DNA of 64,000 nt from Squalus acanthias (Eukaryota): contig CM059432.1 in the NCBI GenBank assembly GCA_030390025.1, forward strand, positions 15,254,001 to 15,318,000, given 5' to 3'. Position numbers and translations under genes: made by a program. Below are positions 1 through 12,884 of this stretch, piece by piece. Each line of letters opens with the position of its first letter. The first letter of the stretch is position 1. A model generated the notes under the pieces. That model ran no database searches. It was given only the letters and a program-made list of their open reading frames with translations, and was not told where the DNA came from.

Positions 1-646
1 ACCTGGTATATAATTTACACGGTCCTGTTCTGCTAGAACATGATTGCTGAATAGCTTTTGCATTGCAATTACCGCACACTTGACGAAACAATCGATTGCT
101 TGCAAATGTAAATAATATTGAACTTATTACTGGATTTATTTTATGGCTGGCAACAGAAACTTCTTTTGTCTGTCAGAGAGTGCATCTTACTTTGTTGTAT
201 TAATATTACCTGCGATTACATTTTTGTTGAATCACTGCAGTTATTCAGAAGCTTTTATCCAGCCTCTCAATCTGGTTGGGGTGAAATTATGTTTTGAAGT
301 GCACTTTTGTTACTTCTTAAGGTCTTTATTGAACTGAGGCGGTATTGTCTGCTTCGATTTCACTACCTGGCTCGCTTCTGCAGGCTCGGTTTCTGCTTAC
401 TCCGCTGGGACACATCACTCTGGCGGTAGCGCGCATCCGTTCTCGCTGGTTCCCATCCTGCTCTGGACGCTGCCGCAAGGTTTCTGCTTCGCTGCTTCCC
501 ATGGCCGCTGACTGATGTGCTTCACTTGCCCACCGGAGCTCCTCCATTACCTTTCGTTGGACTCCAACTGGCCTGGGCAAGGCCCCTGGCACAAGAGGGC
601 GTGGGGTTGGGGGGCTGGGGGGGAGGGTGTGGCTGTGGCTGGGGAA

Positions 647-846
647 TAGGGTTGCCAACCTTCCAGGGATTGTCCTGGAGTCGTCAGGAATTAAAGATTA
701 ATCTCCTGGGCGCTGCTGCAAGCAACACTTTCCATTATTAGTTATATTAAAAAAATAGTGAAGATTGGGGAAAAAGGGCTGCTTGGAGGCAGGAGATCAC
801 GTGATTAAACTTCCAGGAATACATCCAACCAGAGTTGGCGACCCTA
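647..846. mobile_element. hAT-like MITE (TAGGGTTGCCAAC termini)
   Basis: Starts TAGGGTTGCCAAC and ends GTTGGCGACCCTA (inverted). Body matches 63389-63670. Flanking 8-mers are degraded (CTGGGGAA/ATGGGAAG). Confidence 0.75.
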
Positions 847-1411
847 ATGGGAAGGGGAGTCCCAGGTCAGGAGTTTCCTTGTTTCCTGGCTGGTGGAAGA
901 ACAGCGGGCTCGTACTCCAAGTGAGAGCAGGCCTGACAATTGGCCTTCTGGTAGAAGCGACGGCCCAGCTGGGAGTCAAGGTCTGGGTGCCGAAGATTGC
1001 TAACATTTTCTGACTACATTTTGTTCCCCATATTAACTTTTTTCCCCAGGGCAGACGGGAAGGGACATCTATTATTAAAATTAAGTGGCCTCCCCGACCT
1101 AGCAAACTTTGGCAGGACGGGTGCTGAAGGTGGGTGCCTCCCAGCACTTGTGTCAGGGTGTCAGGCCCAATGATTTTCAAGCTCTGCCTGTTTTTATTAC
1201 AGGCCAGTTGGGGTCTTTATGGTTCAGGACCAGGCGCTGCCTTTACTCCTGGAACAAAGTGACCATTTTAATGGCGAGAACCAGCCATGCCAATGAAAAA
1301 AAGCAAATCACTGATGACCTGTACTTTGTCATTCAGGTGCAGTGTTGCCAAGCCAAAGTGTTTTGCAAGACACTTCTTTCTTTGGAAGCAGAAGAGGATG
1401 CAATGACGTCA

Positions 1412-1586
1412 GGGGTAATTTTCAACTTGCTGCCCAGATGTAACACTGGCATTGCGGATTGGCTACCAGTTATAGAAACCGCCCGATTTGCATTCACATG
1501 GGAAATTATAATCGCGCTGCTTCTAAAACGGGCGGCAGATCTGGAACGCCAGATGTTACGCCCAGGCAGTGCGTTGATAATCTGCC
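1412..1586. mobile_element. Fold-back MITE, Harbinger-like termini
   Basis: GGGGTAATTTTCAAC...GTTGATAATCTGCC termini; the two halves are imperfect reverse complements over most of the length. Confidence 0.55.
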
Positions 1587-3194
1587 ACAAAAACGGGAAC
1601 TTTCTATGGCCCCTGTGACAATATATGACAGCATTGCAACAGAGGTTCCAGAGCCAGATGGTTTCGGCCTGTTCCTGTTAGGGAGCCAGCCTGAAAAGTA
1701 TTTCAGCGAGGCTACAGCACCTCCTTAAAATTTGAGAGCCACAACTAAACAACAAGCGGTTAGGAACCCCATTAACCTCCTTTGTCATTATTAATTGTGA
1801 AGCACAAGAATAGCTCTCCTAGGATCCAAAGGGTTGTCAGCCTGTGAGATAACACTTTAACATATCTACTTGACCTTTCCTTGGTGTAGGGTCCACAGGG
1901 AATCTTGTCAATGCCTGGCAATTAATCTTCAGTCACAAAGTGGCTCCCGACCATTTTAATGGAGCATTAAGGACATATTGAACTATACATTTAATCGTGT
2001 AATTACTTTTTACAACAATCTGAAAGGGGATGACATCCATTTCTGATGTCACAGACCTGCTAATATTTACTAAAACCAATTGCCTCTTTTCTTTTAACTT
2101 CATTATATTCACAATAGGCTCAAGTGAAACACACAACTTAATATCCACTGTTGTAAGAATTGATCTTAATGACTCCTTAGTCCTGACATTGGGATTAATA
2201 ATTTGATATCCTATGGTGGTCAAGAAAGCTTCAGTTCACATGCAGTGTGAATTCACCACCGTTCTTTGTGTCAAGGAGGCAGTTCCGTCGCTAGCTCACA
2301 GCCTGGGATACGAGATTACTGTAGAAATACAAGTCTTTGTGAATGACTATCAGACCTGCGCTTACTTAAGTAACATTCCACTTTCATTAAACACTAACCC
2401 GCTGTCACCCTTTCACTTGCTGAAGCATTCAAATAAATAACGGTCACACATTGAGGGGGAAGAAAGGCAACTACTGGAAAATCTCAATGAATAGGTAGAG
2501 CCATTCCACCCCCCCCCCCCCCCCCCCCACCCCCCCAAGCAATAACCTCTCCTGCATGCTGGTTATGTGGGGAAAAAGGGCATTTTTAATAATGTCTTTG
2601 TGCCTGTATTTATATATGTGGAATGGAAAGCTGATTCCATGCTTCCAGCCGGGAATGATCCTCTCACGAAGTATATAGTGGGATATTACGAGCGTTATTG
2701 GATGTTAAAACCAGGGGCTATGCACCTCTGCCAGGCCCTCGTTGCTGGTGCCACTTCCGATGGAAGCACGGGAGAGCAGGATCAGGTCCTTACGGTTCTG
2801 TGGGCTCCCTCGACCCTATGGTACCTCGGCCAGATGATTATTCTTCATATGCCAGTCTAGATAGTGAAGATTGGGAACTATTCAACCATAGCAGGCATTG
2901 CCCAGCAACACACACGCACGCACACAAGCTGATGTCAATGTGTAGCAATCTACCTCAGGGGGGACAGGCACCCGTTGTAGCACTTTACTGGCATCACCTA
3001 CCTACAGATCCGTTGTCTCAACACTGACGACCGATTGAACCTGAGTATTTATACACCGTGCATTTCCCACAGACCCACCAGGGGAAGAAATTTTAAAATA
3101 TTTCTAAGCATATAAACATTATTTAAATTTAGCCATCCGGCTACAGCTCGGATGAGAATGCAGAAGCAACTCTGCTGAACCCATCGATTAAAAT

Positions 3195-3895
3195 AAGAAA
3201 AGAAAGACTTGCATTTCTATAGCGCCTTTCACGACCACCGGACGTCTCAAAGCGCTTTACAGCCAATGAAGTACTTTTTTTGAAGTGTAGTCACTGTTGT
3301 AATGTGGGAAATGCAGCAGCCAATTTGCGCACAGCAAGCTCCCACAAACAGCAATGTGATAATGACCAGATAATCTGTTTTTGTTATGTTGATTGTGGGA
3401 TAAATATTGGCCAGGATAACGGGGATTAAAGACATTGCAAGAGTTGGGATGTTGGTTTGGTGCTTTGGTGCACTGAGAAAGAAAGAAAGACTTGCATTTA
3501 TATAGCACCTTTCATGACCACCAGATGTCTCAAAGCACTTTACAGCCAATGAAGTACTTTTTTTTGAAGTGTAATGTGGGAAACGCAACAGCCAATTTGC
3601 GCACAGCAAGCTCCCACAAACAGCAACGTGATAATGACCAGATAATCTGTTTTAGTGATGTTGATTGAGGGATAAATATTGGCCAGGACACCAGAGATAA
3701 CTCTCCTGCTCTTCTTTGAAATAGTGCCGTGGGATCTTTCACATCCACCTGAGAGAGCAGACGGGGTTTAATGTCTCATCTGAAAGACAGCACCTCTGAC
3801 AGTGCAGCACTCCCTCAGTACTGCACTGGAGTGTCAGCCTAGATTTTTGTACTCAAGCCCCTGGAGTGGGACTTGAACAAACAACCTTCTGACGA
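3195..3895 (-). mobile_element. Two tandem DeuSINE (SacSINE1-like) copies (about 3195-3426 and 3477-3895)
   Basis: Deu-like core CATTGCTGTTTGTGGGAGCTTGCTGTGCGCAAATTGGCTG, L2-type tail with (CTTT)n; B-box-like GTTCAAGTCC in the second copy. Confidence 0.85.
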
Positions 3896-4386
3896 CCTGA
3901 TCTTGGATGCATCCATCTGGAGAGTTGCCAGAGGGAGGGGTGGGTAGATAAAAATAACCGAACAGGGGGTCCTTCAACAGCTCTGTGGTTAAATATACCG
4001 TGAGAGTAGCTATGAGTCAAAACGTAGCTGGCGCCATCTACCTCCAAGTGGTTTGGCATTGTCCGCGTACCCTTGTTCAGGTCCTCAGCTGGCTAGCTGG
4101 GTAAGTACACTGTCGAATGTTTAACTGAACCATCTGGGACAAGTCTAATTTCAGTAGCCCTACCTTGTGCTGTGCGCAGTGGGTGTGATACTACTCTCAG
4201 TGGCGGCTCCCATGATACAAGAGTATTTTAACCTGTTTTTTTCCCCCTAATGCGAAAGGCACTGTATAAATACCAATTGCTGTTGTTTCTGTAGATTCCG
4301 AATTCGATTTCTGTCGTCTGCTGACTCTTTTTATAGCAGTAATAAAATCCAGAGCAAAAGGTCTCCATCTCCAGTTCGTGCGGAGT

Positions 4387-4800
4387 TAGAAACATAGAGG
4401 ATAGGAGCAGGAGTAGGCCATTCGGCCCCTCGAGCCTGTTCCGCCATTTAATGAGATCATGGCTGATCATCCAAATTCAGTACCCTGTCCCTGCTTTCTC
4501 CCCATATCCCTTGATCCCTTTAGCTTTAAGAAATATATCTAACTTTTTCTTGAATATATTTAATGAATTGGCCTCAACCGCCTTCTGTGGTAGAGAATTC
4601 CACAGGTTCACCACTCTCTGGGTGAAGAAATTCCTCCTCATCTCAGTCCTAAATGGCTTACCCCTTATCCTTAGACTGTGACCCCTGGTTCTGGACTCCC
4701 CCAGCATCGGGAACAGCCTTCCTGCATCTTGTCTGTCTAGTCCTGTTAGAATTTTATAAGTTTCAATGAGATCCCCTCTCATTCTTCTAAACTCTAGCGA
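4387..4800 (-). mobile_element. CR1 LINE 3' end
   Basis: ORF 4477-4782 MRGDLIETYKIL...FFTQRVVNLWNSLP is the CR1 ORF2 C-terminus; near-identical to 22091-22505. Confidence 0.92.
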
Positions 4801-4939
4801 GTTAACTGATCTCAGCTGAGGCTGTAGTTGGGCTGTTTCAATTGGCCTCAGTACCCAGAACCAGGAAGGACAAAAAAATCAGCCAAAGCTCCCACTCCTG
4901 ATCCACAGTAAATGATTACTGCTGAAAAATGAGTGTGGA

Positions 4940-5495
4940 GAGACTAGAGAAGCTGGGGTTGTTCTCCTTAGAGCAGAGAAGGTTAAGGGGAGATTTAATA
5001 GAGGTGTTTAAAATCATGAAGTGTTTTGATAGCGTAAATAAGGAGAAACTGTTTCCAGTGGCAGAACGGTCGGCAACCAGAGGACTTCAGGTAATTTGCA
5101 AAAGAACCAGAGGCGAGATGAGGAGAATTTTTTTTTATGCAGCGAGTTGTTATGATCTGGAATGCACTGCCTGATAGTGCGGTGGAAGCAGATTCAGTAG
5201 TAACTTTCAAAAGGGAATTGGATAAATACTTGAAGGGGAAAAGTTTGCAGGGCTACGGGGAAAGGGCAGGGGAGTGGGACTAATTGGAGAGCTCTTTCAA
5301 AGAGCCGCACAGTAAAGATGGGCCGAATGGCCTCCTTCTGTGCTGTATGATTCTATGATATGTTGACAGGGCGAGATGAAGTAAGGTGGGAGGAGTCTTG
5401 TGTGGACATTAAACATTGGCATAGGTCTTTCAAAGAGCCGGCACAGGCACAATGGGCTGAATGGCCTCCTTCTGTACTGTATCATTTTATGTTTC
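4940..5495 (+). mobile_element. CR1 LINE 3' end (second subfamily) with duplicated tail
   Basis: RLEKLGLFSLEQRRLRGDLIEVFKIM; GGGCCGAATGGCCTCCTTCTGTGCTG tail hairpin, repeated near 5425-5495. Confidence 0.88.
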
Positions 5496-6023
5496 TATAA
5501 GTGAGAACCTCAAAGGCTTCTCTACACAGTGGTTTTCAGGATCGTCCAGGTAGGCCTGTTCAGGGCTTTAGTATAATTTGTAGATCCCACTATGCACATT
5601 CTTTCCCTGCACATCACTCTGTTGCAGTCGGGCTATGTTTAGCTCCTTCCTCTTCCTGTGGTCATGCACATTTAAGCTATTCCCTGGATCAAAGAGCCTG
5701 CATATGCTGGGCAATGCAGCGTTGGTCCTGCTATTGTCTCTTCTGTCCCGTGTTGCACATCCTGCACGTACTTTGTGTGCGCTGGCTTTTGCAACTTCTT
5801 GTTTGTTCTATTGTTCACATCAGTAACCTTAGTTCAAAATAAGTTTAGCTTCAACACAGCCATGTTTTTTTTTATAAAAGAGGCACTTCCAACGTAAAAA
5901 AATTATTAAGTGAGCTTTTGTGTTTGCTTAGGAAGGGAAATGAGCCATGCATTATTTTTGGCTTGACAATATGATCCACAAGTAGCAGGATGGTTATCTT
6001 GAGTGCTTGTAAACAGGTCAAAA

Positions 6024-6172
6024 TAAATGGCTGACCCCTTATTCTGAGCCTGTGACCCCTGGTTCGAGACTCCCTAGCCAGAGGAAACATCCTCCCAGCA
6101 TCTACCCTATCAAGCCCCTTAAGAACTTGATACGTTTCAATGAGATCACCGCTCATTCTACTAAACTCTAGA
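6024..6172 (-). mobile_element. CR1 ORF2 fragment
   Basis: MSGDLIETYQVLKGLDRVDAGRMFPLARESRTRGH. Confidence 0.85.
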
Positions 6173-6529
6173 GCACTAACTCTGGCTTCCTTTGTAAAAG
6201 GTCTTATTACAACCCTTCGAAACCTAAAAATGGTTAGAATTAGAGCAATATCCTATTCCAATTAAAATTTATGTTATAAAGCAGGTCACCAAGGGTGACA
6301 AGAAAGAGAGCACTTTGGATCTAGTAATAAGCATCATTTGTATGTTAAAAATAGTAAGAATGGCTTTTCTCCTGGACATGTGGACATATGAAACAAGCCA
6401 AAGGGAAATGTCTTAGTTTCCTCAGTGGTACAGTAGGTTTTAAAGAGCTGGGATTGGGCTACAGCCCCGAGTTAGAGAGTAAACATCAACGTTTGAGATT
6501 AGTAGGCAAATGCAGAGCAGCATGAACTG

Positions 6530-7170
6530 ACCAGAAAGCTCCGAGGTTCAGCCATGGTCTATACTTGGTTAGCTGATTTCAGTGAGCAACGGGGATGGCA
6601 CAGTTGGCCTCAGTGCCCTAGTGACAGGAAATAAAACCACCCAGGATTCCCACTCAATTACCTCCCAGCGATCCCTGTTAGAAAATACATGCTTATGGAT
6701 GTTGTATGAGGGCAGGAATGGGTTATGTGTGAATCCCACCCCACTCCTCCCCATAATGCAGCACCGTGCCAACACTCATTACCCAGGCTTCCGCATAAAG
6801 ACTGGCCACTTGGGTAACATATGGGAAGAGGATTGTGAGCATCTACGGAACCCCGCCCCAGCAAGTGTCAATACCTTTGGGGCGATTTTAACCCTACTCG
6901 CTCAGCGGAAACCTGACGGGTGGGCAGTTAAAATCGCCCTGGCTCTTACCTGTCTGAAAGCCGCCACGATCGCAACATCTGCAATTTTAACCCGCTCCCC
7001 TGAGCAGGCGGCAAGGACACGCGCCCGGAGCCAACAGGGTCCTTCTTTACATATGCATGTTGCGGCCTGATGACATCATTGAGACCCGACTGTAATTTCA
7101 TGTCAGGCCCGAGCGGGGGAATCCACCGGGAGTTAAAATCGGGGCCTTAAGGGAGGGTTGGAAGGTCCAC
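6530..7170 (+). mobile_element. Old dispersed SINE-like repeat, interrupted by a MITE
   Basis: Shares TTAGCTGATCTCAG...AATTGGCCTCAGTGCCC...CCAGG motifs with degraded copies near 4800, 11950, 33750, 39800, 42480, 43470, 48200, 52500 and 63000. Confidence 0.55.
6879..7146. mobile_element. Harbinger-like MITE
   Basis: GGGGCGATTTTAAC...GTTAAAATCGGGGCC termini; subterminal hairpin GGGCGATTTTAAC/GTTAAAATCGCCC; GC-rich. Confidence 0.65.
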
Positions 7171-8209
7171 TGGAGGAACAATGCTGAAGATCATAGAATG
7201 ATACAGCACAAAAAGAGGCCATTTAGCCCATCGTGCCTGTGCTGGCTCTTTGAAGGAGCTATCCAGTTAGTCCCATTCCTCTGCCCTTTCCCCATAGATA
7301 AATAAACCACTTTAAATGATTGTGTCTAACAGCTGTTGCAGTGCAGTCTTGGCTGTCAGTGTGTCAGATGAGTGATTAGCTGTTGAAGGGTAAACAAATA
7401 GAGCGGTTAAATTTTGTCATTAATTTGACTTTAACACAGAACAGAAGACATTCTCACATTGACATGCATTCATAGCTGCCAGCGCCACCAAACCGGTTGT
7501 GATTAGTTAATATATCAGCTACTTCCATAAACAACTAATTGTACTTGAAAATGAAACCACTAGGTTGGGACTACAGCGCACTCACTCATTAAGTCCTTTG
7601 CCTCGTGACAAATTTTGTTGGAATGAACTTAAAATATTAACTGTCCTTAAGGTTTTAAACATTTGATTTTGATTTTGGCAACTACAGTTACAGTAATGAA
7701 GAACCGAAGTGAAAGGGCAAAGCCAAAACTGTGGAACACCACCAAGGCAGCAGCGGAGATGAGGTAAACGAGGAAACAGTGATTAGTTTATGGCGAGCTT
7801 GTGTTTTTAAAAACTGAAAATTGCAGACAGAAATATTTTGAGAATAATGTCCTGGGAGGCAAAGTAAATGTGCGTAATTCACTCATATTATGTAAGAATG
7901 TGAATTTGGAGAAACATGGATTCATGAATGAGTATCCTTTACTAACCAGCATTAATGAGATTCTTTATTGTCGATTATCTGATAAACTCAATGAACGAGG
8001 CTCTGTAATACGCTCTATAATAAGTGAATTATCAGACAGTTGTAAGAGAAGGCAGCAACTTTGGTTGTCTTCGGCCGCTCTGGCGTGTCAGTCAGTAAAC
8101 TGGAGTATTCTTTCAGCTTGCCGTCTCGTCCAAGTCCGCAGCTGCTTCGGTCTATTGACTATCGAATCTGGCAGCGGAACACTGCAGCTGCGCATCATAA
8201 GAGTACATG

Positions 8210-8340
8210 GGCGATTTACAGGGCTATGGGGAAAGGGCAGGGGACTCGGACTAATTGGACAGCTCTTTCAAAGAGTCGGCACAGGCACGATGGGCCGAAT
8301 GGCCTCCTTCTGTGCTTGTACCATTCTCTGATTCTATGGT
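8210..8340 (+). mobile_element. CR1 3' UTR tail
   Basis: GGGCTATGGGGAAAGGGCAGGG...GGGCCGAATGGCCTCCTTCTGTG, as in other copies; a similar minus-strand tail lies at about 7193-7280. Confidence 0.8.
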
Positions 8341-8626
8341 GTGCTCAAGAATCCAAACTTTCCGATCATTCAGAAATCGAGAAAGGACACCAACACTCAG
8401 AAGCTTCATTTAATAAGACATTACTCTCGGCACAAGAAACGGTGCTGACCAAACTCATCTGCTGCTTTGTCTCTTCACAGAGGGCTGACCTCAGCATTAA
8501 CTTGAACACATTGCAGATTTATGATAAAGTTGCTGAGAAGATTTATTGGCAATATCCTAGACTTTCCTACACAGGCCTGGGCTAAACCTTGTGATAAAAC
8601 TCTCCAAATGACAAAACAAAAATAAT

Positions 8627-9305
8627 GGGCTGGATTTTGATACTGGGGCGGGTTGGGGTCGTGTCATCTGCATTTCGTGTTATCCACCCGACTGCAATTG
8701 GATGTGGGAGATTGATGCAATTTTCACCTAATTGGGCAATTGAGTTCCAGCATGTGGGAATCCATGAACCAATTAGTGTTTTCAGTCTGAAAGTCATCTC
8801 TGATGATGTCATCATTGCTGCTGCATTGAAGGTCTTCAGAGACTGTCTGGCCTTTGCTGTGAGAGGACCTGCAAAATGAGCAGCAGCAGTCCTAAGTCTG
8901 CTCCCAGATATTTTTACACCACCACTCCCAGATATATCCATCCATATATGCATCCCCATAGCCAGCCAGCCAGCCGGCCGGCTAGTCATAGTCAGCTCTC
9001 CAAATGTGCTCCCGCCAGGTTTCACATTCGTGGTTCAGAACTGGCGTGCTTCACGTAGAAAAAGGGTTAAAATCACAAAGGCCTTTCAAAATAGCATTAT
9101 AGAGGCAATTTAGTGCTTGTTAATGGCCTTAACAGCCTATCCCGCCTCTTAGAGGTGGGGCGGAGTCGGGACCAGCAGACATGATTTAATGAAAATTGCG
9201 TGGAGGCGGGATGGAGGCGGACTTATGCCCGCCCGCCAGTTTTCGCAATTTTAACCCCCCACACGCCTCCAAACCCGCCTCCACGGGTCAATGAAAATCC
9301 AGCCC
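8627..9305. mobile_element. PIF/Harbinger-like non-autonomous element
   Basis: Perfect 12-bp TIR GGGCTGGATTTT/AAAATCCAGCCC; 3-bp TSD AAT on both sides; homologous to 38316-38900. Confidence 0.88.
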
Positions 9306-9654
9306 AATAAGTACATCCCCAGCCTGAGCTTAAGGAAGGTGAGATAGCTGAGGCGGGTAGACTCATGGAAGTTAAAACACCGATCCATAATCTGAGACTA
9401 GTTGCGAATGTAACAAAATAAGGCATCCTATAGAACAGGAATGAGTTTTAATTTAATTTAATTTACATTCTCTAAACCTGAAAGTTAGTGATTTCTGCAC
9501 ACAGTCGCTCTCAGGAGCAGTCAGTCAGATTCAAAAGGCCTTCAGCATCACAGGTGACAACTGTTTGTGTTTTTGCACAGCTTTGTCTGTACGTTCCCAA
9601 TTTGCTCCACAAAATCCGCATGTTTATTGCTTGGGGCTATGAATCGCTTCAGAT

Positions 9655-10560
9655 GGCCAGAGAGTTTTCAGCCAACCTTGCTGCCTGTGGCTGTCAGAGG
9701 ACGCCGGAGGAGGTGTTGGGCGCTAGCTTTGGGGTGAGGCTGTATCATGACCACTGCTGGGTCAGGGGAGCGCTCTTGCCCCTCCGGCGCCACAGCAACA
9801 TCATTTTAATATTTCATCTGCCTGTGGTTGGTGGCCACAGAGGCCGCTGAAGAATCCTGAGTGAGTCAGGCTTAACTTCTTCACCACTCACCAGCAACGT
9901 TTTTCTTGATGGGGTCCTTCAACAGGCGTTAGGCCCCTAACTTACATATTTAAGGGGCCTAATTACGGTTTCAGATGTCTCTGCCTGGGACACCTTAGAA
10001 AAAAAGGCCCCAAGAATATAGCAGTGGGGCCAACGCCTGTGGAGGTATGGCGGACTGCAAAATTGGTATATTTTACACCTGTTTTACATCCGAAAAATGG
10101 GTGCAACGCATACCAAGTTCTACCCCCATTAGGTTTTACATGTAAGCTCATCATTACCTCTTGGCCTTTTAATTCTAGGGGGTAAAATTTGGTTATGAAC
10201 CTATTTGGACACATAACTGACAGAGTGCCCAATTGGGAGGCCTTTGGCTTGCCCAAAATTGGTCCTCGGACCTCATTTCAATAACTTGGGCGAGTTGCCA
10301 GTGCCTGTTGGGCCCCCCGCGGCAGCTCGCCCATTGTCAGTATTCCGATTTCGGTTCGCCTGCCTCCGGCCCTTGGGTAATTCCTGGGGAGTGGAGGAGT
10401 GGGGGGAGGGGGGGGTTGAAGAATAACGGGAGGGGAGCCGATCGTGGGCTGATAGTGGCTGAGTGCTGTGGAGCTGGGAGGAGCAAAGCGTCCAAAATGA
10501 AAAATGTCTTCGGCAGGAGGGCGTGCATGCAACCCATCTAGGAAAGACATTTTGCGCTAT
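9655..10560. mobile_element. Probable degraded Harbinger-like MITE remnants (one or two)
   Basis: GC-rich, with AAGTTCTACCCC near 10116-10127 and GGGGGTAAAATTT near 10178 resembling the TIRs of the other MITEs. Confidence 0.35.
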
Positions 10561-11198
10561 CACAAAAATGTCTAAACCACTGACAGAATTGCACTTTTGT
10601 GTACATTTTCCCTTTGATACAATATCGGATGTAATTGCTGCTTAAATCTTGATCAGCTCCTATCCGACTGCATTCTCATTATAACTACGTCTTCTCGTAT
10701 GTCACACATTTCAGTTTCCACAAAAACATTGAATTGCGGAATGTAATCCTAAAACGCTAATAAAATTTCTAAAAATCCAATGTAATAAAAAGTTATTTAA
10801 TTTATTCCACCGCCATGAAGCAGTGACCTTAGTCATAACCCTTTATTCAGAGTTCTTTTTCAGTGTACATTGCTTTTCGAGTTGTCAGCTATTATGGGGC
10901 TCCGTCAGCTTTTCTTTCTTTAAACTGCTCGTCAGCTTCTCCAAGTTGTGTTGGCACCTATACAAAATCATTTAAAGATCTCACTTTCCGTACATTTTCT
11001 TTAAACTTCTTTCATTAGTTGTCACTTCCGTTCCCAGACTAACTATATTATATTTATCACTTTTTGGACTTTGCTCTTATCCCCTCTTTAGGTTACGATT
11101 ATTCCCATACAAACAACGCCTGATGAATTACAGGATTGGGAAAATCAACTTTTACTGTCGTTATTACAATGCATTATTTTCAGAGTTTCTTAACTATC

Positions 11199-11529
11199 TC
11201 GCCAAGGTTTCTTCGACAGCACCTCCCAAACCTGCGACCTCTACCACCTAGAAGGACAAGGGCAGCAGGCGCATGGGAACACCACCACCTGCAAGTTCCC
11301 CTCCAAGTCGCACACCATCCTGACTTGGAAGTATATCGCCGATCCTTCATCGTCGCAGGGTCAAAATCCTGGAACTCCCTCCCTAACAGTACTGTGGGAG
11401 TACCTTCACCACACGGACTGCAGCGGTTCAAGAAGGCAGCTCACCACCGCCTTCTCAAGGGCAGTTAGGGATGGGCAATAAATGCTGGCCTTGCCAGCGA
11501 CGCCCACATCCCATAAACGAATTAAAAAA
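11199..11529 (+). mobile_element. CR1-group LINE family B 3' end
   Basis: PRFLRQHLPN...KSWNSLP...LQRFKKAAHH, AATAAA, A-rich tail. Confidence 0.88.
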
Positions 11530-11606
11530 TCTGCCAGACTGCTCAATTAGTCGTGCCTACGATAATAACAGGGTTTGATAGTATGGTGATACTCACCTCT
11601 GTAAAA

Positions 11607-11916
11607 TAGTGGTTATAAAACTTATCTGTGTGGGGATCTCCTGCAAATATTACCACATTCCCAGCAACCTCCTGCAAATATTTACACACTCCTGGGGACC
11701 TTTTCGCCTAACTCCTGAAAGTCAGTGTTAGTACTATTATTGTAGATAATATTTTATTATTACACAACAGAAATAACATGCTAATAAGTCAATGAATATA
11801 GAAGTCAAATCATAAATCTGGTGACAACTGGGCAAAGATCTGGTTACTTTGGGGAACCCCTGGGACTTTCCTCACAGATCCACTGGGGATTAGGGATCCC
11901 AGTTTGATAATCTATG
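11607..11916. mobile_element. Degraded hAT/Charlie-like MITE
   Basis: TAGTGGTTATAAAACT...AGTTTGATAATCTATG termini resemble CAGTGGTTCTCAAACT-type TIRs; both flanking 8-mers have a central TA. Confidence 0.4.
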
Positions 11917-12402
11917 GCATAAAGCATCACATTGGAAGGTCCACATCTTGGCTCAGTAAGCTAACCGCTGAGCCCTATAGACAAAGGAAGGTTCCCAATT
12001 TTGATCCCTGCTCTATGCTGAATTAGCGGATCTCAACTGGTATGTGATGATAGAGGAGCTGCAATTGGTGTCAGCATGCCTAGGCTAGGTAGGGGCAAAT
12101 AGACCAGGGCTGCCATTGCTGACTGTTAGGTAGTGACGCTACTAACAACACACGAGTGTTTCTACAGCTAATTCCAGACTATGTTTGTTGGCCCCCAAAC
12201 AGGTCTTCTCTCACCCAACAATTGATTGGTTCAAAGAGTAGCTGAGCCTCACAGGTCAGGAAGGTCTCAGGTACTGAGAATTGTTCTCAGAATTTTGGGG
12301 TAACAGAGAGAACCAAAAGGTGATCAATACCCATGGAATTCTACTTCAGCAAGATGCCAAAGGCAAGCAGGAATTGGAAAAGCATTCACAGTAAAAAGTT
12401 AC

Positions 12403-12585
12403 GGGGTAGAATTTCCATCGGGGTTCCCTGATCAGCCGGAAGAGCAGTGGAAACCACAAATAAAGGGTGTAGATAACTATTTACGCCAGTTCTCCAGGGT
12501 TTCAACCGATCCTCTACCGACGGAATGGTGGACAATGTACTTCCAATGGTGGACAATCAGAAGAAGCCCGCGGAAATTACTGCCG
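12403..12585. mobile_element. Short Harbinger-like MITE
   Basis: GGGGTAGAATTTCC...GGAAATTACTGCCG imperfect TIR. Confidence 0.5.
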
Positions 12586-12884
12586 ATGGCCTCACAACAA
12601 AACCACAACAAAAATGGTCCCATTACCATTATAGATAACAGAGTCTTTTTGCTTGCACCATAAAGCTAAGGATAGCTCTATTTTCTAATAACATTGCTTT
12701 GCTTTCTATTGTTGTAAGAGAGAAGAGATCCTAGCAGCAGTATTTGCCAGTCAAGCTCCCTTCCCGATCTCCTCCCAAGACTTGCCTTGTGGCCACTGAC
12801 GGTGAGGCAGGCAACTGGAAATTGAAGGGGCCAGATGAGGCCTGAGGACCAATTTTAGGTCATCTTTGGGTTGGCATCTTCTGA

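Noticed and set aside
326..1260. GC-rich ORF cluster near the window start
   Set aside because: Probably an old DNA-transposon remnant with an inserted hAT MITE; I could not define termini or a product.
2508..2536. Long poly-C run (also G runs near 20942 and 28338)
   Set aside because: Simple homopolymers, prone to sequencing error; no supporting structure.
7801..8585. Overlapping 176-aa and 174-aa ORFs
   Set aside because: Non-ATG starts, run through a CR1 tail, no recognisable homology.
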